Shown in pieces: positions 1 through 12,120 of a stretch of DNA of 64,000 nt (positions are counted from its first letter, which is position 1; the number at the start of each line of letters is the position of its first letter). Origin of the DNA: Okamejei kenojei (taxonomy: Eukaryota); assembly GCA_035221665.1 (NCBI GenBank), contig CM069156.1:12028001-12092000 (forward strand), given 5' to 3'. The translations under genes and the position numbers were made by a program. The notes beneath the pieces are model-generated. The model saw only the letters and a list, made by a program, of their open reading frames with translations, did not search any database and was not told where the DNA came from.

Positions 1-2045
1 TGATGAATGTCTATGACTTCACTTTATGATGTCTTGTACCATGTGGGTACAGTAGCTCATGCCATTAGATTCCAGCTGTCTGTAAGAGAACCTCAAGGAC
101 CACTGGAATTGATGCCCAGCACTGAATTTTAATCTGCTTTGGCTGGAGCGGAATGTCTATAAATGAGAATATATACATTTTCAAACTTTGTACTTGGTCT
201 ATTATTGTTTTGTTCCACTGCAACACTGCGTATTGCTAATGTGTTGAGTATAGAAACTGGCAATGTTTTGAGGAATTTTGAACAATTGTTTACAGAGTTT
301 AATTTTGTATTGAAGTGATGAATATTCAAAATGTAGAACCATGTAGAAACCATCAACAATTTTTGTATAAATCCAAAAGCAAAATGGCACAGATGTGCAT
401 AAAATAAGATGATCAAATACTCAACTGGTCATGCTGAAATTTAACAAGCCCGATTAGTTGAGCATTTAGGTTTGGGACCTTATTGCCTGGATATATATCT
501 ATGGTTTATATTGATAAAGGTGCCATATAGCACCTTTTTATATAGTGGCAATCAAGATATTTCACTCTCCTCCTAAAATGTTGTTCCATTTATTTGGGTT
601 TATGATACCTCTTGATTCCTCCTGTTTGTGGCTCAACAATTTAAAACTTTGTTTTCGGTCCAGCACTTAAGTTTATATTTGTGTTCCTGAAACAATTAAT
701 TTTGGTTATTAGAAGGGTCATTCATCAAAGAAGCAGCAATGTTTGGTGAATGTAACTAAATCAAAAAAGCAAAGACACAGAATTTTCCCATGTTGGTAAT
801 AGGGTACAGCTTTTCAGTTATTTACTTTGATTTTAAGAAGGACCCTGCTACTTGGACATAGTGATAAAAGGACAATCTTAACTCTACGCTGGCGCTTTGT
901 TTAAACTTGCACAGCAGTTACAGCAAGCTCCCTTTGAAACATGCCAGGGATGGATTTTGCACCAAATGTGATCCTTTAGACTCGATCCCCTGTTAGTTTT
1001 CTTGGCAGGAACATGATTGTGATTGTAAATTCAGAAAGTGAATATATTTCATAAGAATCTCCCCTTCTTTCATGTGATCACACATACCTTTGGCTAGGTC
1101 AGCTATTTGCTGTATTTTTATCCGTGTTTCTACTCCTCCCTCCCCCACCTTTCACATTCCACTGACCAGCACTTTCCACAATAACCTCTCTACAAGCAAG
1201 TGGAATTGATCTGCAGTCAGCATACATGTCTTGTAAGCTACATGTGTTGTAAGCTATATGCAACATTTGAAGTATCAACAAAGAAACAGTAATAAATTCT
1301 AAGTAGGCTTGTGATTTTTATTTTTATTTTTATTTTAGCTTGGTTAAAACAAATAAATTAAGCCCTATTTATATTCACTGAAATATTTTGAAGTGTAATC
1401 ATTAGCAACCAATTTGTACACAGAAAGCTCCTGGAAACAGTAATGTGGTAATTTCAAGATTATCTGCTTTGGTGATGTTTATTGTAGGATAAAAAATGGC
1501 TAGGTGCCAAGAATGGCAATAGGTCTTCAGAGAATGCCATGGAGGAGTTGAACCGAGTCTTAGGTTAATCATTCAAATGAAAGATAGCAATTCCAATAAT
1601 ACAGCACATCCTTGCTTCTGCATTATGTTTTTGTGTCCAGGTGTGTGGATTGGGTATTGAATGCACAGCCTTCTGCCTCAAAGAAATGACACCGATTAAG
1701 TCACCGATTAAATTGACACGCACGTACAATTTAATAATTTGTATGTGCGTATCGCTTTCATAAATAGTTTAACTGTGTACATCTGTGATCGGTTTTATAG
1801 CAGTCATCATCTTTTACGTTGCCCCTTTTTGTTTAGTCCTTTTGCTGACCAGAATTGGTGCTCAAATTGTGTTATATTTGGAACTATGGATAGCTTCCTT
1901 TATAATTTTGATGCTTTTGTATGATAAGTTGTAATTGAGTAAGGCTTTATTATACCAGAGGCAGTGTTTCTAGTTACATTTCTTCCTACAGCATTAATTA
2001 TTATTTGGGATAATAGCAGATGGAAACGCAAATCATTTCACTCAA

Positions 2046-2655
2046 TTCGTCCCTTCCCACCCGAACCACCCCCTTTCCGGGCACTTTCCCTTGCAACCGC
2101 AAGAAATGCTACACTTGTCGTTTTACCTGCCCCCATGACTCCATTCAAGGACCCAAGCAGTCTTTCCAGGTGCGGAAGAGGTTCACCTGCACCACCTCCA
2201 ACCTAATCTATTGCATCCGCTGCTCTAGATGTCAGCTACTCTACATCGGTGAGACCAAGCGTAGTTCTCCGCTCGGTTCGCAATAACCAACCTGAACTCC
2301 CGGTGGCTCAGCACTTCAACTCCCCCTCCCATTCCGAATCCGATCTTTCTGTCCTGGGCTTCCTCCATGGCCAGAGTGAGGGCCACTGTAAATTGGAGGA
2401 ACAGCACCTCATATTTCGCTTGGGCAGTTTGCAGCCCAGCAGTATGAACATTGATTTTTCCAATTGCAGATAGTCCCTACTTTCTCCTCCCCTTCTCTAC
2501 TCTCCCTCAGCCCACTGGCTCCTCTTCCTTTCTTCTTCCCCCTCCCCCCGCCTCACATCAGTCTGAAGAAGGGTTTCGACCCAAAACGTTGCCTATTTCC
2601 TTCACTCCATAGATGCTGCCTCACCCCCTGAGTTTCTCCAGCATTTTTGCCTGCC
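2046..2655 (+). mobile_element. Penelope-like retroelement 3' fragment: GIY-YIG endonuclease plus pseudo-LTR
   Basis: Frameshifted ORFs with CNRKKCYTC, FTCTTSNLIYCIRCSRCQLLYIGETKR, PVAQHFNSPSHS and LIFRLGSLQPSSMN. Followed by the CTGAAGAAGGG...AAACG terminal repeat. Confidence 0.9.
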
Positions 2656-5003
2656 TTAAGTAACAAAGCCATTTCCTAGTGACAGCTGTGATCAACTGTG
2701 TTTTAGTTAATGAGCATATGATGCCTCCTTCTTCAGCCTTCTGATCGGCCAGACACTGAACAGCATGGTATGTAGTAGGGGCCAGGAGACATAGTCACAG
2801 CCTGATTTGTCAGGACAAAAATAGGTATTTTGTCCAGTAGACAGGTTTACAGAATTGTTATTTTTTCATTGCAGCCAGTTGTAACTAGATCTGCAGCAAC
2901 AATGCACAGATCCCATTGACTTAGATACTAGGTATGATCACACCATTTGTCCAGACATGTGGCCTGTGTGTTAGTCCACCTGCTCTTCCTTCCTGCTGCA
3001 GAATCCTTAAGATGGGTCAGACTGGGGCTGCTCCACTCTACAGCCTTTCTGTGAAGGGAAACTGGGCTGCAAGTCACAACCGGGCTCTGGGCAGGAGAAC
3101 GTAGCACAGTCCTGATGAGTTTTGGTAGCGAGCTGCTGTCAGGCATTTTCACAGTTTTTAAATGTTGCAGATATTTAGAGAAATTTAAGAACTGTTCAAG
3201 TGGATTTAAATAATTTAAAGAAAATTAAAATAATTAAACTTTGTTTTAATTTACTGTTTAATGTATTTTAACTATGTGAAATAAAGACAAATGAACCAAC
3301 TAACCTGAACCTTTGCTGGTGTCAAAGCTGAAGAGCCAGGTATCAAGTACATTCACCACTTCAGCTTGGAATGATCTGGTATTTGATGGTGAATCCATGG
3401 TTGGAGCATTAAGTCAGGTGTACGATCATCCCCTCAGTGGGTCTCTGACTTCTTCATCACAATGCATTGTTTTTAAAAAAGTGCTGGGCATTGTGAGCTA
3501 CTGCCCACAATGGAGCTTGTATGAGGAGCTTGAATGTGGCGTCTTATTGCAATACATGATAGAACTTTGATTTTTAAAACATTTTTTGAATGGTTGGCAT
3601 ATTTCTATGTGAAATATTTGAAATTGTATAAATTCATGGGATAACTAATTTATAAAATTGGAAATTACCGTATAAAATAATAACCCAGATTGTAGTTAAA
3701 AATGGGAAATAAACAGTACGCATCCATTAATTGGAACATCAAAATGATGTATAGTGAAGAAATGCAGGGGACAATTGGGGAGTGACAGAATTCCACAGAG
3801 AGCAATGAGAGATGTGACTAGGTTTTGGGTTTGTTTTGGTTGCTGTTTGGCTTGCCAGCACAGAGAATTCCCTACTAACCAGCTCTGTGCACATCGAGGA
3901 TGTATCTTTTGAAACACAACAATTGATCTGGATGTATCTGGTAATGCTTCAAGAGGCCAGACCTCTTCAAATATTTGGAGTGAGTCCCTTTTGTGGATGA
4001 ATGATGAGAAAATGGTGGCACTACAATAGACTGCAGATGCTGTTTGAGGGAAACTTCCTCAGAGTCAAAGACAATGGTGGCCTTGCACAGAGAAAATATT
4101 TGGTTGAACACTACTGAACAGTAAGTTTCCACTCAGTTCACGTACTACGTGCTGACATGACATGAATGACAAGAGGAATTTTACATGTTTTTTTTAGATA
4201 GTTTTGTTTTTTACTGGACCCCTTTAGCAATAAAGTTGCCAAGATTGAATTGGATTTCACTGATTAGTATCTGTGTTTGCATCATTACACTGTTACAGTG
4301 CATGTTCAGATGATCAAAGATGATACTTTAGATTCTTTCCATTGTTCAATCGAATGATACATGTATAATATCAAAAAGGATAGAATTCCTTTTCATTTCC
4401 CATGACTTTACAGAATGCAAGAGATACATTTTACTCTGGCTTCTAGCTGTCAAGAAATACCGATGAACTTCGCAACTACACTGCCATCAGTCCAATAATG
4501 CAGTAATGCCAGTTTAATAGCTATAATCAGCATGCAGGTGAAATCGTTGAAGAATTTGTAGTAGGTTTGAGATGGATTGTTAAATGATTCATGATGTAGG
4601 TTATGGAATGTGTATTTCGTAGCCGTCTCAGTGGCTGATCTGTGGATGTCAGGCAGACATTTGATATTACCCAAGTAACGGAGACAGCAGTCCAGAAAGC
4701 ACAGGATCATCACCAAGCAAAGGCCCAGAGTGCTAATACGATTGGCCCCAGCATCCTTGAGAAAAGGGGCGAACGACCCGAGGGGAAGATGTCATCACTG
4801 TGTGGCAAGTTATATCAAACTGATGACTGCACACACAAAGGCTCTGGTTCCAATAATTGTGGCATGAAGGAATATTTGTTTAAAAGTACATTAAGACCCA
4901 GGCAAACTCAAATAATCACGCTGAAACCTATTGGGAAGAACATTAAAGAGCATTGTACACAGGACTGACTTGTATCTTGACAAGTCAGTCCTGTGTACAA
5001 TGA

Positions 5004-5392
5004 CTAGGCTTGTACTCACTGGAATTTAGAAGATTGTGGGGGGATCTTATAGAGATTTACAAAATTCTTAGGGGGTTGGACAGGCTAGATGCAGGAAGAT
5101 TGTTCCCAATGTTGGGGAACTCCAGAACAAGGGGTCACAGTTTAAGGATAAGGGGGAAGTCTTTTAGGACTGAGATGAGAAAATCATTTTTCACACAGAG
5201 AGTGGTGAATCTGTGGAATTCTCTGCCACAGAAGGTAGTTGAGGCCAGTTCATTGGCTATATTTAAGAGGGAGTTAGATGTGGCCTTTGTGGCTAAAGGG
5301 ATTAGGGGGTATGGAGAGAAGGCAGGTACAGGGTACTGAATTGGATGATCAGCCATGATCCTACTCCTGCACCTATTTTCTATGATTCTATC
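5004..5392 (+). mobile_element. CR1/HER1-like LINE 3' fragment
   Basis: LGLYSLEFRRL.GDLIE.YKIL...RTRGHSL...FFTQRVVNLWNSLP, ending in a CTATGATT-type tail. Confidence 0.92.
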
Positions 5393-5545
5393 CTACATTA
5401 TCCTTGACCTTCATCCCCTTTGATGTCTCGTTTTCACACTTTACACTTCCTTTTCTCTGTGTCTCCCTCTCCCCTGATTCTCAGTCTGAAGAAGGGTCTC
5501 GACCCGAAACATTACCTATTTCTTCTACCCAGAGATGCTGCCTCC
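5393..5545 (+). mobile_element. Penelope pseudo-LTR fragment with hammerhead-like core
   Basis: CTGAAGAAGGGTCTCGACCCGAAAC at 5486-5510 with flanks homologous to the 52203-52605 copy. Confidence 0.7.
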
Positions 5546-7033
5546 CTTTGTATTTCCATTTGTCTGAATTCAATTCCAACTTGCACACATTCCTTATATC
5601 ATGTTGTGACCTCGGACAACCCAATTCACTGTTCACTACACTACCGATTTTGGTGTCATCTTTAAACTTACTCATCCAAATTATTAAAAAATAGATATCC
5701 CAAACAGCAAAGGACCCAGCACCAGTTCCTGCAGCACATCATTGATCACATGCCTAAAAAGACTTCCTTACCACCCTGGATGAATGCAGCAAATGAATAT
5801 TTAACGTGGATAGCTGCTCCTGTAAGATAGATGCTCCTGCATCTCGGGCAATGATTTCACAGCCGAAGATGATCTTTAAGGTTTCCAGGGTTATTTTTGA
5901 CTGACAATTTTCACTGATATTTTATTTGCGGAATTATACTGAAGGAATGTAACCAAGTATGTTGCAGGGCTGCACGCTGACCAAGCTCAGATTGACAGAA
6001 AGGGATGCTCAGACTGAAAGATGAACTGTGCAAGATGACACTGAGACAAAGGCTGCACATTCCTCATTTCATCAATCAAGTACTCCACATGCAACTACTG
6101 GACAGATACCAGTGGAGCTCTGGTGGGTGGACATATCAAAGTGCATTTGGGTCCAGTGAAACCAGAGGTTTAAGATATTGTGTGTTCCTAACGAGGAAGG
6201 TAGAAGTTAAGATTGTCATTTCATAAACGATCTGTTACACACATATTGAGAAAGCTAGTTAGCAGGCCCCTGCCGTTTGAAGTACCAGCAAGACTACATT
6301 GACCATTGTAAGTCTCTCATCAAATGAACAAGATGTGGATTTGCTGGAGCTGGAGGTTTCCTCACTTGTCACTGAGCCTGGTGTAGTGAAGGTCTTGAAA
6401 AGTGATATTCAAGATGAATCAGTGAATGAGAAAGCCACCAAATTGAACCTGTAAAATATTGAAATGTTACTTTGTTTTGTTGTAATGTATTATTTTGAGT
6501 AGATTAACTTGAAGATTTTCATCCACATTTCCTCGGGAGGGAGAGAGAACTGTGATAATTATGTTGTTATGAAGTCCCTCTAGTGGTCAGATGAAGACAG
6601 CAAAATGATTTTGCTGAGGGAAATCAGGCCAACTGCTGCAGAAGTACGACACAAAAAGCTGGAGTAACTCAGCGAGTTAGGCTGCATCTCTGGAGTAAAG
6701 GATTAGGTGAAGTTTAGGGTCGAGACCCTTCTTCAGCCAGAAGTATGTTTTTTTAATTGTTTTATTTTAACTCCGTTCACATTTACTGTAAGGTGCTGTC
6801 CACTTTTTAAACTTTATTTGATGGCATTTAGCAATCGTATGTATCATACATGTAGGTGTCATCACCATAAGTAATTGTGATATAAAAAAATTATTCAGAG
6901 AAATTCAACTAGCAGTCACCGGGCTCAGGGAAGTGGGATTAACTTGGTTGGCATGGTTGAGTTGGGCAAACCGTTTCTTTCCGTTCTCCATAGCTCTGAC
7001 TCTATGGCTGTTTTACCAATGTAGCACAGTGGT

Positions 7034-7175
7034 GGGGTGGGAGATTGCAACATTCACATGGTCCGCCCTGTTTCAACTGATGCAATCAACCCGGCGTGCA
7101 CAATCAAATAAGATCAAATAGAACAAGTTGTCCAAGAACTTTAGGCTGTGCACGCCACACGCAAGATGAGAGAGA
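7034..7175 (+). mobile_element. ~140-bp short retroposed element with purine/(AAG)n tail, copy 1
   Basis: Closely similar to 11980-12120; 11-bp TSD AGCACAGTGGT. Confidence 0.78.
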
Positions 7176-7512
7176 AGCACAGTGGTAAACCTCTGAATTC
7201 CTTATTGCCAGTTCTCAAACTGACTCAGGTGACATTGACTCATCTAGAGTCACATGCATAATTGAGAGTTCCATGTCTTAACGATGCTTTCAAGGTCATA
7301 CAGTGTGGAAACGGGCCCTTCAATCCAACTTGCCCACATCAACCAACTATGTCCCATCGACACTGGTCCCAGCTGCCTGCGTTTGGTTTGTATCCCTATG
7401 AACCTGTCCTAACCATATTGCCTGTCCTATCCATGTCCCTTTTTCTTAAACATTGCGATAGTACCTGCCTCAACTACCTGCTCCGGCAGCTCATTCCATA
7501 CATCCACCACCC

Positions 7513-7790
7513 TTTAGTTTTGTATTGAGAAACAGCGCGAAAACAGGCCCTTCAGCCCACCAAGTTCGCTCCGACCAGCGATCCCTGCAAATCAACAAAT
7601 CATACACTAGGGACAATTTACACGTACACCAAGCCAATTAACCTACATACCTGTATATCGTTGGAGTGTGGGAGGAAACCGAAGATCTCGTAGAAAACAC
7701 ACGCGATCACAGGGAGAACATACAAACTCTGTACAGGCAGCTCCCGTAGTTGGTATCAAACCCGGGTCTCCGGCACTGCAAGCGCTGTAA
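7513..7790 (-). mobile_element. tRNA-derived SINE (HE1-like)
   Basis: Reverse complement of the 62169-62465 family. Confidence 0.82.
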
Positions 7791-8110
7791 AGGGGCTGTC
7801 TCACTGCGGCGACACAATTGGCAAGTTTGGAAGAATTTAGGAGAGTTTGAAACAGTGTCATGTTGAAGACTTCCTTCGACAATGTAGAAGACCTCCCTTC
7901 GACTATGTTGAAGACTTTCTACCACTTCCCTTGATTACCTTCGACTGCCCTCGATTACCTATGAATAACATGCCGACCTACTTCGACTAAACCTACAAGT
8001 AAAAAAAATATCGATTTTTTTTTATTTTTTTTTTCCATGGCGACCTTTTGTTACTCGCAGGCATTTTTCAGCATGTTGAAAAATACGCCGCAACCTAGCT
8101 GAGGCCTCAA
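7790..8110. mobile_element. Partial MITE related to the 49756-50625 element
   Basis: Begins AGGGGCTGTCTCACTGCGGCGAC (TIR-like) and has the same CGAC/CTAC-rich interior; second TIR absent. Confidence 0.55.
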
Positions 8111-9570
8111 GGAATGGCAAAACGATTATAATTCAGGAAAGTATGCAGTGTTTCATCTTGAGAATTCAAACCAGGGTAGGACTTTCATTCTGAATGGTAG
8201 GGGTGTGGAGAATATTGTAGAGCAAAGGTACCTAGGTACATAATTTCCTGAATGAGGTGTCAGAGGTAGTCAAAGGAAGGCCTTTAAGCATGCTGGCCTT
8301 CATCAGTAAGGGCGTTTGAGTATAGAAGTTGAGGTATTACGTAGGCTGCACTTCGAGCATTATTTTCAGTTTTGGTCAGCCTGATATAGGGAAGATGCTG
8401 TTAAGCTGGAAAGATGGAGGATTGGTGCCAGTGAGCAGGCTGTAGAGTTGCCTACTGCTTTCAGAGGCACTTCCAGTGCACAGGGACTGAGGAGGCAAGG
8501 GGACCGCGGGTTCACGGTTTAAGTTGTCGGTAGAGTGGAATGCTGGAAGCCCTGCAGCAGCCAAAGGGTCCTTTGGAAGCCATGTAGAGGTTGTGTGCGG
8601 TTCAGACGCATCCTGCAGCTGCACGCTGTGGCAGAGTAGCAATTGAAGACAATGACAGCATCGCCAGGCCCACTCATACAACACCGACCTAGACAACAGA
8701 CCTTTAAGGCCAAGGTAAGAAGCTATATTTTTAAGAACTTATGGGGAGAAGGCAGGAAAATGGGTTTGAGAGGGAAAGGTAAATCAGCTATGATTGAATT
8801 GCGGAGTAGACTTGATGTGCCAAATGACATAATTCTGCTCCTATGAATTATGAACTTATGAAACTTGAAGGAGACAAGATAGTGCCAAAAATGTGGTGAC
8901 TCTTTGTGTCCGGCCTTGGTGTACTCTACTGCTCTTGTGTGCAAGAGTAGTAGAGTACACCAAGGCCAGATTTTTCCACTTTTGTACATATTTATGATTA
9001 TGCCTATGTATAATATGATTTTACTGAAATGTATGCAAAACAAAGAATTTCACTGCATCTAGGTATGTGCGGCAATGAAAACACCATTAAACCATCGGAT
9101 GGACAACAAAAAGTATGGCTTTTTGTCAGGACGAGGGACTGAGTTAGAGGGAGAGGTTGGGGAGGGTAGGGCTTTATTCATTGGAGCATAGGCTGAAGGG
9201 TGATCTTATAGAGGTGTATAAAATTATGGGCGGCATAGTTAGGGTAAATGTTAGGTTTTTCTCTCCCCTGGTGGGGAAATCAAGGATCAGAGGGCACAGA
9301 TTTCAGGTGAGAATGGAAAGATTTAATAGAAACCAGACAGGCAAATATCTCGCAGTGTACAATGCAGGTGGAACAAACTGCCAGAGGAAGTGGTTGAGGC
9401 AGGTATAATACTATTTAAAAGACATTTGGAAAGGAACATAGATATGAAAGGATTGGAGGTCTAGGGATCAAATATGGACAAATGGGATAAGTGCTAGGTG
9501 GGCATCTTGGTTGGCATTGATGAGTTGGGCTGAAGGGGTTGTTTATGCACTGGATGGCACTATGTTTCTC
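8110..9570 (+). mobile_element. Fragmented CR1-like LINE pieces with nested repeat tails
   Basis: ORF 9157-9408 GLYSLEHRLKGDLIEVYKIM; further CR1-like sequence at 8110-8420 and a 3' UTR at 8745-8865. Confidence 0.7.
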
Positions 9571-10889
9571 TATTGCAAGCAATGTCCTTAGTTGTAAAAA
9601 CTAACTGAATGATAAAGTGTGGTAAATAAACTTCTGCTTCCCAAAAAAAAGAGTTGTAAATAGTGAAAAGCTGGAAGCTATACGTCCAAAGTCCCTAGGA
9701 AGCACTTGTAAATTAGCTCATTTTATTGTTATTTTGCTTTGTTTTTAACTTTTTTTGTTTTACATGTTCGATATAAAATATCTACAAAATGAATGATTTT
9801 AAAATGTCGTGGCCAGCAGAAAATGTCTTTTGATCTGGGTGATTGGAACACCAGAGAAAATAAGTTATATAAAGCGGTGCAAACCCAGTTGGATCACACA
9901 TGAAATATTGTGAGTGGTTGTGTGTGCCGCAGGATATGTACAAGGAATATTGCTGCATTTTTCCGGATAATTGGGCTCCCACGGTTCATTTGCGACTCGA
10001 GGTCACAAAGGATGAAGTTGGATTCCAGCAATTTAGGGTAGGGATCATTTGATCAATATTTTTCAGGCATTAAAGGCAATTGGAGTAGATGGATGCTATT
10101 TCTGCTGGTTTGCTAGCCGAGTACTAAAGGCATAATTTAAAATTTAGAGCTATTTTACTTTACATTGAAAGGGGTGGTAGATATTCAAAACTTTTGTTTG
10201 CAGCCAACAATTGATATTAGATCACGTAAATTTATCACTGATATTTGATAACCAAATGCATTGAGGGATGTAGATTAATATCATGGATTAGCTTTGATCT
10301 CAATGAATGGGAGAATGTGCTAGTGTTAAATAACCACTTCAGTTACTGGAAAATGCAAAGATGGCAAGCGATGGGTGGATGTTCATGAGATGATGACAGA
10401 TATGGTGGAAATAACTGAATATCTGTTGGCGTGGGTGGGTTGTGGGATGGGAGATGTGAAGTTGTTTGCCTTGTTCATGTAGCTGAGTTGCAAGGTTGAT
10501 GATTCAAATTCCAGAGGCTTGAAGCACTTAGACTAAGCTGCCATTTCAGTGCAGTAGTGCTGAATAGTGGAGATGTCATGTTTTGGATGAGATTTTAAAC
10601 TCACTGTTTATGCACCATCCCTCCCATTATTGGAAATGCAGGGAGTTTCTGTTGGCCTGGACAATGTTTATTCTCACCAACATCACCAAAGCATATTATT
10701 TGATTGATTTGGTGATTTATTTTAATGTTCATTATAGAGCCATGGATAGGCATTGCCTATCATTAAATTACTTCATTAACCAACTTGGGTCACCCTGATA
10801 CTGTGCATGAATATACTTTTTGAGGTTTTTGTCTTTGCAATCATAGTATTCAGTCCACTTTCCCAAAGTTCTTCGTTTTCCATAACGAT

Positions 10890-11097
10890 CACCCGTACAC
10901 GACACACCAGAAGCCAATTAGCATTGAAACCCGCACGTCTTTGGAGTGTGGGGGGGGAAAGGAGAGCACACGGAGAAAACCCACGCGGACACAGGGAGAA
11001 TGTGCAAACTCCATACACACAGCACCCGTGATCAGGATCGGACCAGGGTCTCTGGTGCTTTAAGGCCACAACTCTACCACTGCACCACTGTGCCACC
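10890..11097 (-). mobile_element. tRNA-derived SINE, 5' part
   Basis: Reverse of head (GGTCCGATCC B-box-like) and core. Confidence 0.78.
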
Positions 11098-11979
11098 CTA
11101 TGTGTGATAATGTTCAACGTTGTTAAGCATATGCCAGTATTGTTGTTCTGGAACACTGTGGCTAAGGCATGGCTAATTCTAGCATGCAAGTCCTCAGTTC
11201 TACAGCTGGGATATTGTCTGGTCCCATAGCTTTTGTTGAATCTAGGGCTTTCGGCCATTCGTTTATAAGTCTAATGGAATTGTGGAATGCAATTTAGCTG
11301 AAGACTAGGTCCAGTAGGAAGCCAGGATGGATCACCCATTTGACACTTCTTACTGAACATTAGCAATAACATACTGGGCCCTACTATGACTGAGTGTGAG
11401 GAGGTTGTTGCAGCTGCCTGCTCCATTTAGACATTTTATTGTCCATCGCTATCCAAGTTTAGACGTGGCCGGGTTGTTGTTTTGATCTCATCCTTTGGTT
11501 GTGGCATCACATGTCTGAAGAAGGGTCCCATCCCAAAACGAAATCTGGCCCCCATTTACTTCCACAGATGCTGCCTGATCGGCTGAGTTTCCCAGTAGTT
11601 TCTTTTCACTCTGTCTATTAACACCTTTTGGATTATAAGCACTTATGTAGTCCTGTGTGCAGCTTCACATTGTTGGATATACTTGGTGCTGCTTGTTGTT
11701 GAACTAGGGTTGGTCCCATAGTTTGATTACAATGGTAGAATAATGCATAAACTGGGCCAAAATATTACAGAGTGTGGCAGTGTACATTGCTGCTGCTAAT
11801 AGTCCAAGGTGCTTCATGGATTCCCATATTGAGGTGCCAAATTTGTTCTGAGTCCATCCCATTTAGCAGACAGTTGTAGTGCCACAAAGTGTGGAAACCG
11901 AACGTTGCTTCCATTAACCATGTGATGGTATTTTTACCTGTGTTGTTGTGGACCAACAATCAGTAGATTAGTAACGATG

Positions 11980-12120
11980 AAGAGGTGGGAGATTGCAACC
12001 TTCACGTGGTCCGCCCTGTTTCGACAAATGCAATCAACCCAGCGTGCACAGTCAAATAAGATCAAATAGAACAAATTGTCCTACAACTTTAGGCTGTGCA
12101 CGCCATATGCAAGAAGAAGA
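11980..12120 (+). mobile_element. ~140-bp short retroposed element with (AAG)n tail, copy 2
   Basis: Closely similar to 7034-7175; 10-bp TSD AGTAA(C/T)GATG. Confidence 0.78.

Larger units (their letters stand above)
4642..6600 (+). mobile_element. Highly degenerate Gypsy-like LTR retrotransposon remnant, interrupted by CR1 and Penelope pieces
   Basis: ORF 4642-4968 resembles a decayed Gag tail with zinc-knuckle spacing (CGK..Q...C.HK....NNC..K). Purine tract 6535-6549 is followed by TGT at 6551, like a PPT/LTR junction. Confidence 0.4.

Noticed and set aside
6571-6590. CTCF-like motif CCACTAGAGGG
   Set aside because: Partial match inside a probable LTR remnant; cannot be supported from sequence alone.
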